DNA of 64,000 nt from Acidobacteriota bacterium (GCA_013289685.1 JABCZL010000001.1:1838-65837); one strand, 5' to 3'; positions 56,641 to 64,000 are shown, numbered from the stretch's first letter. Notes: generated by a model not told the origin, from the sequence alone. Numbers and translations: made by a program.

Positions 56641-57165
56641 GCTCTTAAAGAACGTCTGCAGCACTTCCGCGCTGCGGCCTGCCAGCACTCCGCTGCGAAC
56701 CTCGATCTTGTGGCTCAGTTGCGGATGATTCAGGACCTGCATCACCGAATGCACGGCCCCGGCTTTGGGGTCGTCCGCGCCATATACCAGGCGCCGAATG
56801 CGGGCATGCACCAACGCCCCGGCGCACATGGCGCACGGTTCAATTGTAACAAACAGATCGCAGCCTTCCAGACGATGGTTACCAACGGTTGCACCGGCTT
56901 CGCGCAGGGCGATCACCTCGGCGTGGGCCGTCGGGTCGCAGGCGGTGATATTCCGGTTCCATCCCCGTCCCACGACCTGGCCGTCGCAGACGACGACCGC
57001 GCCTACCGGGACTTCTCCAGCTTCGAGAGCGCGCTGGGCGCAGCGCAGGGCTTCTTCCATCCGTAGTTCGTCTGCCGGGAATTCGTTCGCGCGAGCTTCG
57101 CCTGAGGCAGCGATTGGCCGCTGTTTTAGAGCTGACGACACTTTGGGCGCTTTTCTGGCGGGCAC
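56632..57165 (-). CDS. tadA: tRNA adenosine(34) deaminase
   Basis: HAEVIALREAG and EPCAMCAGAL zinc motifs are present, with GEVPVGAVVV. The start is GTG 57165 or ATG 57060. Confidence 0.88.
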   Translation of the reverse strand: MPARKAPKVSSALKQRPIAASGEARANEFPADELRMEEALRCAQRALEAGEVPVGAVVVCDGQVVGRGWNRNITACDPTAHAEVIALREAGATVGNHRLEGCDLFVTIEPCAMCAGALVHARIRRLVYGADDPKAGAVHSVMQVLNHPQLSHKIEVRSGVLAGRSAEVLQTFFKSRR

Positions 57166-57276
57166 GGGATGGCGGTCTCTGCGGGTATTCTATCGGAGGG
57201 AACAACTTGCAAGGCAAAACGTTACAGCCGTTTCAGCGCGTGCTCCTGGCGGACAAGAGTGTCCGCCCCACAAAAG

Positions 57277-57432
57277 CTAGATCACGCTCAGCACCGAGCG
57301 CACAACTTCGGGCACAACCGCGTGGATCACCGCCGGCACCACCATTCGAGCCACCGGGTAGGCAACCACCACGGCGGGCACGACGATCAGCAGCCAGGTC
57401 CTGGTCGGCAGGTTTGTGAAATAGGCCTTCAT
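57277..57432 (-). CDS. 51-aa hydrophobic small protein (MKAYFTNLPTRTWLLIVVPAVVVAYPVARMVVPAVIHAVVPEVVRSVLSVI)
   Basis: Below the ORF-track cutoff. AGGAGAGGA lies 5 nt upstream of the ATG. Confidence 0.5.
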   Translation of the reverse strand: MKAYFTNLPTRTWLLIVVPAVVVAYPVARMVVPAVIHAVVPEVVRSVLSVI

Positions 57433-57571
57433 GACATCCTCTCCTGATAAGTACGGACCAGCCTAGGGAAAAGTTCCCCGGCGAGCGTCTCTCCCAAGTG
57501 CGGTGCCTTGAATCACTTCCATCATTAAGACCGCGTGTGATGTTAGGCGTTCGGAAATAAGAAGGGTCAAA

Positions 57572-57599
57572 GCCTATTTTCCTGGGCCTATTTTCCTGG
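57572..57599 (+). repeat. Perfect 14-nt tandem duplication (gcctattttcctgg x2)
   Basis: Read directly from the sequence, 58-85 nt upstream of nuoI. Confidence 0.9.
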
Positions 57600-57656
57600 A
57601 AAGACCGGCGGGCGGAGTTTTGGCGATTCGGCGGATAGTGTTAAGCTAGTGGGGTC

Positions 57657-58118
57657 ATGGGCATGCCGAGTTTGCTGCGCAAAGTCTTCCTCGTCGACCT
57701 GCTGCAGGGACTGAAGATCACGTTCCGCAACCAGGATCCCAAGGAAATTTATACCGAGCAGTATCCGCTGGAGCGTCCGCAGGTGGCCGAGCGCTACCGT
57801 GGCGCGCCGCGCCTGAACGTCAACCCTGACACCGACGAGACCATGTGCATTGCCTGCGACCTGTGCGCGCTCGCGTGCCCGGAGAACCTGATCGTAGTCT
57901 CCAGCGCTCGCAACGAGCACACCCGCCGCAAGGAACTCACCGACTTTACCTACGATCTAAGCCGCTGCATGTTCTGCGGCCTGTGCGAAGACGCCTGCCC
58001 CGTCGACGCCCTCGAACTCACGCAGGATTTCGAACTCGCCAGCTACACCCGCGAAGGCTGGATCTGGGATCGCGAGACCCTGGAAAAAGGCCCGCAACCC
58101 ACGCAGTATAGGCGCTAG
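57657..58118 (+). CDS. nuoI: NADH-quinone oxidoreductase subunit I-like 2x[4Fe-4S] ferredoxin
   Basis: Carries CIACDLCALACP and CMFCGLCEDACP. The N-terminus LLQGLKITFRN..QYPLERP is typical of NuoI. Confidence 0.85.
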   Translation: MGMPSLLRKVFLVDLLQGLKITFRNQDPKEIYTEQYPLERPQVAERYRGAPRLNVNPDTDETMCIACDLCALACPENLIVVSSARNEHTRRKELTDFTYDLSRCMFCGLCEDACPVDALELTQDFELASYTREGWIWDRETLEKGPQPTQYRR

Positions 58119-58145
58119 CTATTGGCGCCCTCCGTAGTTTAGATT

Positions 58146-58193
58146 TTGTCATTCCGAATCGGGCCGAAAGCCCGGTGAGGAACCTGCTTTTCC
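58146..58193 (-). repeat. Hairpin repeat element, copy b (inverted orientation)
   Basis: ttgtcattccgaatcgggccgaaagcccggtgaggaacctgcttttcc supplies the last 14 codons and the stop of the GIY-YIG gene. Confidence 0.85.
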
Positions 58194-58505
58194 CGACACT
58201 CTCATCTCCGTCGCCTCACCCCAACCCGCCGCTAGATCCTCCCACGTAGGATTCTCCGCATGAATCAATGCGACCTTCTTCTCCCGCCGCCATTTCTTGA
58301 TCTCGGTCTCCCGCGCAATCGCGTCACCCACATTCTGGAACCCATGAAAATAAACCAGCCGATGCACGCGATACTTAGCAGTAAAGGCCCCGCCCTCGCC
58401 AGCCCTGTGACGCAAGACCCGGGCCATAAGAAATCCAGTCACGCCAACGTAGATCACACGGCTCTTGCTCGCCATGATGTAAACGTAATAACGCCGCTCA
58501 ACCAT
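58149..58505 (-). CDS. GIY-YIG nuclease-family protein (COG2827-like)
   Basis: YYVYIMASKSRVIYVGVT... is followed by RETEIKKWRREKK, matching the GIY-YIG pattern. Confidence 0.88.
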   Translation of the reverse strand: MVERRYYVYIMASKSRVIYVGVTGFLMARVLRHRAGEGGAFTAKYRVHRLVYFHGFQNVGDAIARETEIKKWRREKKVALIHAENPTWEDLAAGWGEATEMRVSGKAGSSPGFRPDSE

Positions 58506-58514
58506 CGCCGCTCC

Positions 58515-58558
58515 AGCAGGTTCCTCCGCCCGCTTTCAGCGCGCGTCGGAATGACAAG
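58515..58558 (+). repeat. Hairpin repeat element, copy c
   Basis: agcaggttcctccgcccgctttcagcgcgcgtcggaatgacaag starts 10 nt upstream of the GIY-YIG ATG. Confidence 0.85.
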
Positions 58559-58665
58559 ATTTTAGGCATTAGCGGCGGCGCGGCGCAGTAACCGATGTCA
58601 CAACCAGCCTGTGCAAATCTCCGCCACATTTCCGATAAATTAAAGTTGTCTCCGCTACACTAAAG

Positions 58666-58713
58666 TTGTCATTCCGAAACCGCGCTGAAAGCGCGGTGAG
58701 GACCCTGCTTCTC
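58666..58713 (-). repeat. Hairpin repeat element, copy d (inverted orientation)
   Basis: ttgtcattccgaaaccgcgctgaaagcgcggtgaggaccctgcttctc has a perfect 7-bp inner stem. Confidence 0.85.
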
Positions 58714-58988
58714 GCTCCTGCGCAAAACCTCGCATTTGTCTACTTTCGTGGTCTTGACTTCCCGCCCACTGCGAGCTAATCCTACAGTCTTGACATTAGC
58801 TCATTGACAACCAAACCGCACCCCAACTCCTTACGGCTCAAGATTTTGCCCACAAGTTATTGATGCCCTAGGATTACTCTGCGATTTCTCGCTAAACCGA
58901 TGATTCCAATAGATCGCGGGGGGGAGGGGGTACCCACCAATAACCAAAAAGTAAATAGCCTCACTGAGTGTGGAGTCCGGAGGACAGG

Positions 58989-59053
58989 AAAGCAGATTCC
59001 TCGCTCGCCTCGCCTCGCAAAGCTCGGCTTCGGACTTCGCTCGGAATGACAAG
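58989..59053 (+). repeat. Hairpin repeat element, copy e (long variant)
   Basis: aagcagattcctcgctcgcctcgcctcgcaaagctcggcttcggacttcgctcggaatgacaag. Confidence 0.8.
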
Positions 59054-59115
59054 AGTTGACTTGTGTTCGCCGACGACGAGGGTCTCGGGCAGGGTCTCGG
59101 TACTCGCAAACCCAG

Positions 59116-59697
59116 CTACTTGTTGCCAACGAGCCTCTTCTCGGGCAGGAAATACAACGCTGGAATCAGCGCGAAGATAAAAAACGACGCATAGGTCGAC
59201 ACATAAGCCAGCGGCACGGACAGCAGATAGAGAGCTCCGGAAAAAACATTCTTGCGCTGGATGGAGGAGTGATATTCAGACAACCCGGAATCGTGACGAT
59301 CCTGCTCAACCAGAATAATCCGCAGCAAATAAAACGCCGAGGAACACAGCACCAGATCCAGCCCGTAGAGCGCCACCGCCAGCGGCTCGTGGTAGTTCTT
59401 GCCCAGATAATCGGTGACGAACGGGACCAGCGACATCCAAAACAGCAGATACAGGTTGCTCCACAGCAGCCGCGCGCTGACTCCGCGCACCGCGTGAATT
59501 AAATGATGGTGGTTGACCCACATGATCGCCACCACCAGAAAACTGAGTCCATAGCTGATGAATACCGGCGCGACCTTCCATAGCGCCGCCAGCGTGGGCT
59601 GCGTCGGGGCGCGCAGCTCCAGCACCATGATGGTCACGATGATGGCGATCACGCCGTCGCTGAAGGCTTCCAGGCGATTTGTAGACATTTCTGACAT
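59116..59697 (-). CDS. TMEM175-family (DUF1211) potassium channel
   Basis: NRLEAFSDGVIAIIVTIMVLEL is the RxxxFSD signature helix. The protein has 6 TM segments. Confidence 0.85.
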   Translation of the reverse strand: MSEMSTNRLEAFSDGVIAIIVTIMVLELRAPTQPTLAALWKVAPVFISYGLSFLVVAIMWVNHHHLIHAVRGVSARLLWSNLYLLFWMSLVPFVTDYLGKNYHEPLAVALYGLDLVLCSSAFYLLRIILVEQDRHDSGLSEYHSSIQRKNVFSGALYLLSVPLAYVSTYASFFIFALIPALYFLPEKRLVGNK

Positions 59698-59707
59698 GAG
59701 CTGCCAG

Positions 59708-60913
59708 CTACGCCGGCTGCTGCCGCGTCATGCAGTGCATCGCCCCCAGCCCCCAGATGAAGTCTCCCGAATAGATGGGCACGATCTGGCGAGTAGGGAA
59801 CAGCTCGGCCAGCGTGTTGAGCGCGATGCGGTCATTGGGACGATTGAAAACCGGCGCGAGCACGACTCCGTTGGCGATGTAGAAATTGGCATAGCTCGCG
59901 GGCAGTCGGCGGCCTTCGAAAACCACCGGCTGCGGCATAGGCAGTTCGACGACGGTCAACTGCCGGCCGTTCTGGTCGCGCGCGGCTTGCAGACGGCGCA
60001 GGTTGGCGCGCAGGGGCGCGTGGTTCACGTCGTTGGAGTCGGGCTCAACCATGGTGACGACGGTGTCTCTGGAGACGAAGCGGCTGAGATCATCAACATG
60101 TCCGTGGGTATCGTCGCCGAAGATGCCGCGACCCAGCCAGATGGTGTGTGGCGCGCCCAGGTAGTCGGCAAACGCCTTTTCGTAATGCACCCGCGCCATG
60201 TGAGGATTGCGTTCCTGCACCTTGCTGAGCAGGCACTCTTCGGTGGTGAGGATGGTGCCGAGTCCGTTCACGTCGATCGATCCGCCTTCGAGCACGATGC
60301 GCTTGCCGCCGGAGAGTGGGTGGATTTCTTCCGTATACAACTTGCGAGGGTGCCCCATTTCTCCAGCGTGTTTTGCGCGAGAAGTGGGGGTTTTCGCCAT
60401 CAGGCTCCCGATCTTCTCATCGTGACGCCAGTTGGAGTATTTTGCCCAGGCGTTAAAGCGAAATTTGAGGGCGAGCGCAGCCGCGCTTCGCTCGGCCTGT
60501 CCGGGTCTGAGACCCGGACCCACATGGTCCTTCTGACTCCGCGCAAGGAAAATGCATCCCGAATCGCGCAGCCAGACGCGGTTAGTAGCCCAGCGGTGGA
60601 AGCGGATGTTGGCCGAGAGCGCGTCGGCTTTTTCGAGAACCCTGCGCGCCTGTCGGGCGGCCGAGGCGTCGTTGACGATCAACTCCACCCGCTCATGTTT
60701 CGCCAGGTTGCGAATGATTTCTGCATAAACCCACGGAATCGGCTCAAACTTTCCCGGCCAGTCGCCGTGATAGTGCGGCCAGGCGAGCCAGGTGGCGGCG
60801 TGTGGCTCCCACTCCGCGGGCATGCGGTATCCGCGGGCGGCGGGAGAAGGCTCGACCGAATTTCGGCCGCCCTCATTTCTATTTCTATTTCTATTTCTTT
60901 TCCGTGGCGTCAT
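59708..60913 (-). CDS. aguA: Agmatine deiminase
   Basis: RMPAEWEPHAATWLAWPH is present and the C-terminus reads ..GLGAMHCMTRQQPA (catalytic Cys context). The start is 60913 or ATG 60823. Confidence 0.88.
   Translation of the reverse strand: MTPRKRNRNRNRNEGGRNSVEPSPAARGYRMPAEWEPHAATWLAWPHYHGDWPGKFEPIPWVYAEIIRNLAKHERVELIVNDASAARQARRVLEKADALSANIRFHRWATNRVWLRDSGCIFLARSQKDHVGPGLRPGQAERSAAALALKFRFNAWAKYSNWRHDEKIGSLMAKTPTSRAKHAGEMGHPRKLYTEEIHPLSGGKRIVLEGGSIDVNGLGTILTTEECLLSKVQERNPHMARVHYEKAFADYLGAPHTIWLGRGIFGDDTHGHVDDLSRFVSRDTVVTMVEPDSNDVNHAPLRANLRRLQAARDQNGRQLTVVELPMPQPVVFEGRRLPASYANFYIANGVVLAPVFNRPNDRIALNTLAELFPTRQIVPIYSGDFIWGLGAMHCMTRQQPA
60875..60898. repeat. Hexanucleotide tandem repeat (atttct x4)
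   Basis: Read directly from the sequence. It would encode RNRNRNRN if aguA starts at 60913. Confidence 0.9.
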
Positions 60914-61328
60914 AGCACTCTAGAGTTTTGATTTTCGGAGGCGGCGAATTCTTGAAGGCGTCGGTCAGCAGGTAAGTCCCTGAGCTCTGAGTGGGGCTGA
61001 CTTGGGTTACGAACTTTGGACCTCTTTCATCGCAGGTGCGGTTGCGAATTGCTTTCACTGCCATTGGTAACGTGCCGTCGAAATACTTCGCATCGATCTG
61101 AGTCGTGCCAAAACCGACAAACATGACCTTCAAATATTTCGTTTTTGAGCCCGGAACTTCGAGAATGACGGCCTCTTTGTTGGCCACAAAAGACCCAACC
61201 TTGGCAGCGTGCAGCAGAGGGTCGTACGCCACCATCTTTCCCGACAGGCTGGGTGTCTTGCCGAAGCAGGCGAGACACAGAACTGCCACGGACACACCGG
61301 TCAGAAGCGCCTTGTTTTGATCTGTCAT
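60891..61328 (-). CDS. Secreted or membrane-anchored hypothetical protein
   Basis: A 145-aa protein with the hydrophobic N-terminus LLTGVSVAVLCLACFG, lying between aguB and aguA. Confidence 0.7.
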   Translation of the reverse strand: MTDQNKALLTGVSVAVLCLACFGKTPSLSGKMVAYDPLLHAAKVGSFVANKEAVILEVPGSKTKYLKVMFVGFGTTQIDAKYFDGTLPMAVKAIRNRTCDERGPKFVTQVSPTQSSGTYLLTDAFKNSPPPKIKTLECYDATEKK

Positions 61329-61335
61329 TCGAACT

Positions 61336-61365
61336 TTCCTAGTCGATCAGTTCCTAGTCGATCAG
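61336..61365. repeat. Perfect 15-nt tandem duplication (ttcctagtcgatcag x2) spanning the aguB stop codon
   Basis: Read directly from the sequence. Confidence 0.9.
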
Positions 61366-62256
61366 TCGGTTGGTGATAGGCGCGTAGGCGTCGATGCGGC
61401 GATCACGCAGAAACGGCCAGTTGCGGCGGATTTCTTCCAGCGCCTTCAAGTCGACGTCGCCGACCAGAATTTCCTCCCGGTCGTGTGAGGCTTCCGCCAG
61501 CACGCGGCCAAAGGGATCGCAGAAAAATGATCCTCCCCAGAATTCCAGCCCCTGGCCGGGCGCCGAGTTACCACGAATATTCCCGGTCTCGAAGCCGACA
61601 CGGTTCACCACGGCCACATAAACGCCGTTCGCGATGGCGTGCGCGCGCTGGATGGTGCGCCAGGCGTCGTGCTGGGCCACGCCGAATTCCGCCTTCTCCG
61701 CGGGATGCCAGCCAATGGCGGTCGGATAAAAGAGTATGTGTGCCCCCTGCAACGCCGTCAGGCGCGCGCCTTCGGGATACCACTGATCCCAGCAGACCAG
61801 CGTGCCCAGGCGTCCGGCGCTGGTGTCTAGGGCGCGGAACCCGAGGTCCCCGGGCGTGAAGTAGAACTTTTCGTAGTAGAGCGGATCGTCCGGGATGTGC
61901 ATCTTGCGGTAGAGTCCGCGCAGGGATCCGTCGCTGTCGAAGATCGCGGCTGTGTTGTGGTAGACGCCGGCAGCCCGCTTTTCAAACAGCGACGCGATCA
62001 GAACCACTCCGTAGTTTCGCGCTGTGGCGGCCAATCTCTCGCTGGTCGGACCAGGAATCGGTTCGGCCAAATCGAACAACGCATGATCTTCACGCTGGCA
62101 GAAATACTGTGTCTGGAAGAGTTCGGGCAGGCAGACAACCTGCGCCCCACGCCCGGCTGCGTCCGCCACACGGCTGATGGCCTTCTCAAGATTCTGCTCG
62201 GGCTCCGGGCCGCACGACATCTGCACCAGCGCCACGCGAAATTTCTCAGGGGGCAC
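61354..62256 (-). CDS. aguB: N-carbamoylputrescine amidase (carbon-nitrogen hydrolase family)
   Basis: FRVALVQMSC...VVCLPELFQTQYFC.. and ..TLVCWDQWYPE (catalytic Cys context) are present. The start codon is GTG. Confidence 0.85.
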   Translation of the reverse strand: MPPEKFRVALVQMSCGPEPEQNLEKAISRVADAAGRGAQVVCLPELFQTQYFCQREDHALFDLAEPIPGPTSERLAATARNYGVVLIASLFEKRAAGVYHNTAAIFDSDGSLRGLYRKMHIPDDPLYYEKFYFTPGDLGFRALDTSAGRLGTLVCWDQWYPEGARLTALQGAHILFYPTAIGWHPAEKAEFGVAQHDAWRTIQRAHAIANGVYVAVVNRVGFETGNIRGNSAPGQGLEFWGGSFFCDPFGRVLAEASHDREEILVGDVDLKALEEIRRNWPFLRDRRIDAYAPITNRLID

Positions 62257-62290
62257 GCGTTCCGACCTCCGCGAACAATATAGCAGGAGA

Positions 62291-62325
62291 CCGCTGTCAG
62301 CTATCAGCCGTCAGCCGTCAGCTGG
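62291..62325 (+). repeat. Heptanucleotide tandem array (CAGCCGT-type, 5 units)
   Basis: The units are ccgctgt cagctat cagccgt cagccgt cagctgg, 35-70 nt upstream of the aguB start. Confidence 0.8.
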
Positions 62326-62473
62326 GAACATCTTGATTGGACGATGCCGTTTGCTTCTGCAAAATCTGAGTGGCTTCGCGAGACATGTGCTCATCTTCCG
62401 TGAGCATTCAAAAGCTCTTACCGCTGAGTACGCAGAGGCGTCGCGGAGATCGCGGAGAAGAGCCTTTAGCGGG

Positions 62474-63460
62474 TCAGGAAGGCTCTCTTTTTTGCGCGGC
62501 GAACGTGCGCTTCAGGCGCGGATTGCCCGTGACCAACTTCTCCAGGCGGTTGGTTATTTCCTGAGAAGGCCGGGAGCGGAGAACTACCTCTATCGCGGCC
62601 TCGGCATCGAGGGATTCCGTGCGGACCAGATCGAGCAGGAATTCCAGGGCCGCGTCCTGACGAGTGAGCGCGATCGCCGAAAGCAAAACGGAGCGCCACC
62701 ACGGATCGTCTGCTTTCACGAAGCACTCGCGCAGGGCGTCGAAACCCTCTGGCGAATGGGTTCCAGCGAGTGCCAGGGCGGCTTCTGCGGCGTTGTCGTC
62801 TGCGGAAATCAGAAAGCGGCGCATCCAGGGGATCGCACGCTGGCCTTCGATGCGCAGGATTCCGCTGTAGCAAGCACCGAGCACTTCCGGCTCATCCGCT
62901 CCCAGAACAGCGCGCATGCGCAGCAGCAGCGCGGCCGACGGCGAGCCGATCTGTTCGATCGCACGAACCACCTCCGCTCGAACCGTCTTGTCTTTGTCGG
63001 CGAGCAACTCGACCAGGTGCTCCAGCAGATCTTTTTCCGTGAGACTGCGGCACTGGACGAGCGCCAGGGCGCAAGTGGCACGCAGAGTTCCGGCGGTGTC
63101 GGACTGACCTCCCCAGACGGGTTCCATCTGAATGTGGCGCATCCCCCGCAGAAAAATTGCTTCATCCTGATGTTCCAAGGCCGCCAGCGTACGGCTGATT
63201 GCATTCTTAGCCCAGCATTGCGGATCCGTCTTCACGGGATCATCGAAGAAGCGGTCGAACGCCGTCAGCAGTTCTGGGGTCAGACTGGCCAAAGCCGGTT
63301 CGCGAACGAATTCGCGAATCAGGTCGGCGGCCTTGCCGACGATGAAATTGTTGCGATGACCCAGAGCCTTGCGCAGGGGCGCGACGCGGGCTTCCTCTGG
63401 CCCGTGGCGAAGCGCGTCCAGGGCGGCGACTTGTTGTTCGAAGGCGCGCTTGCCGGGCAT
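62474..63460 (-). CDS. Hypothetical protein with HEAT/ARM-like helical repeats
   Basis: A 328-aa, helix-rich, Leu/Ala/Arg-rich protein with repeated ..D..VR..A..AL.. units. Confidence 0.65.
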   Translation of the reverse strand: MPGKRAFEQQVAALDALRHGPEEARVAPLRKALGHRNNFIVGKAADLIREFVREPALASLTPELLTAFDRFFDDPVKTDPQCWAKNAISRTLAALEHQDEAIFLRGMRHIQMEPVWGGQSDTAGTLRATCALALVQCRSLTEKDLLEHLVELLADKDKTVRAEVVRAIEQIGSPSAALLLRMRAVLGADEPEVLGACYSGILRIEGQRAIPWMRRFLISADDNAAEAALALAGTHSPEGFDALRECFVKADDPWWRSVLLSAIALTRQDAALEFLLDLVRTESLDAEAAIEVVLRSRPSQEITNRLEKLVTGNPRLKRTFAAQKREPS

Positions 63461-63622
63461 GATTGGCAGTGTAACCGAGCCGAGCGAAAACCCGTCGAGC
63501 TGCGCTCGACGGACAGCCGAGGGCCTGCCCTGAGCGAAGTCGAAGGGGCGGCTGTCCCCACATATTCATGTGGTTCCTGTAGAGTATCTTGTCGGGATGT
63601 TTGCACGATTGGGAGGCTCGGG

Positions 63623-64000
63623 TTGAAACACGGAAACCAAGGCGATCCAAAGGATCATACGCAAAAGAACCATGCGCATCAGGGACACGCGGCCGGCGGT
63701 GAGGGCAAAGATCGGCACCTGCACAATCCCATCGAGGACCGCCTGATTCCGCTGGAGCCGCTCGATCTCGGGAAGATTCATTCCATCGACGGCCTGGTCC
63801 GGGCGATGGCCAAGACCGCCTTTACCGGACGCCAGCTGGGTGAGGCCGCCGACGTGCTTGAGGCCATGGCTCTCGACGAGGATGCGTTCATCGTCATGAC
63901 CCTGGCCGGAGCCATGACCGTGGCCAAGCAGGGTCTCATCGTCACCGAATTGATTGATCGCGGCATCGTGAATGCGATTGTCTCGACCGGCGCCCTCATG
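63623..64000 (+). CDS. Deoxyhypusine synthase-like protein, N-terminal part (runs off the window end)
   Basis: Absent from the ORF track. The frame stays open to the window end: ..AKTAFTGRQLGEAADVLEAM..IVMTLAGAMTVAKQGLIVTELIDRGIVNAIVSTGALM. The TTG at 63623 follows GGGAGG. Confidence 0.7.
   Translation, partial: MKHGNQGDPKDHTQKNHAHQGHAAGGEGKDRHLHNPIEDRLIPLEPLDLGKIHSIDGLVRAMAKTAFTGRQLGEAADVLEAMALDEDAFIVMTLAGAMTVAKQGLIVTELIDRGIVNAIVSTGALM

Noticed and set aside
59558-60931. 457-aa plus-strand ORF
   Set aside because: It is entirely antisense to agmatine deiminase, which has clear catalytic motifs. This is a typical shadow ORF of GC-rich DNA with an Arg/Gly/Val-rich product.
62414-62463. Imperfect palindrome gctctt..aagagc containing cgcggaga x2, just downstream of the HEAT-repeat gene stop
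   Set aside because: It could be a terminator or another dispersed repeat. It has no U-tract, I found only one copy in the window, and the evidence is too thin to call.

Overview
A 64-kb, GC-rich chromosomal segment. Its gene content looks like Acidobacteriota/Terriglobia: a CarboxypepD_reg-type TonB receptor, a wHTH-TPR regulator, an S53 peptidase with Ig-like repeats, and GIY-YIG genes among hairpin repeats. This taxonomic call is inference, not a search result. All family calls come from motifs read by eye; no database search was run. Reading left to right, the window holds the following.

- **1-9.6 kb:** a minus-strand array of htrA-like protease, ECF sigma with a fused ZAS domain, OsmC, TolC-MFP-RND efflux pump, DUF2892 and a 29-aa ORF.
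- **10-14 kb:** a 1323-aa sedolisin (S53) with Ig-like repeats.
- **14-16 kb:** TauE/DUF1634 and an Rrf2 regulator.
- **16-21.6 kb:** secreted hypothetical proteins, a Rieske protein, a DksA-type zinc finger, a pseudo-receiver and a DHp-only membrane protein.
- **21.7-27 kb:** an OmpR/HK pair, an ECF sigma and a FecR-like protein with a Gly/aromatic tail. A shared upstream motif links these genes.
- **27.5-37 kb:** a P3A-type ATPase, a GGTS-repeat lipoprotein, an IS fragment, a hydrolase, cytochrome c plus a PQQ dehydrogenase, and a truncated amidohydrolase.
- **37.2-47.5 kb:** a glycan-degradation block bounded by a decayed tRNA-Asp and an integrase remnant.
- **48-55 kb:** the wHTH-TPR regulator, the TonB receptor and an MFS transporter.
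- **55.2-59 kb:** a decayed mosaic. It holds a 274-bp inverted duplicate of the window start, HEPN/MNT remnants, heptamer arrays, hairpin repeats, and a GIY-YIG gene framed by inverted repeats.
- **59-64 kb:** polyamine genes (aguA, aguB and a deoxyhypusine-synthase-like gene).

No rRNA, CRISPR array or intact mobile element was seen.
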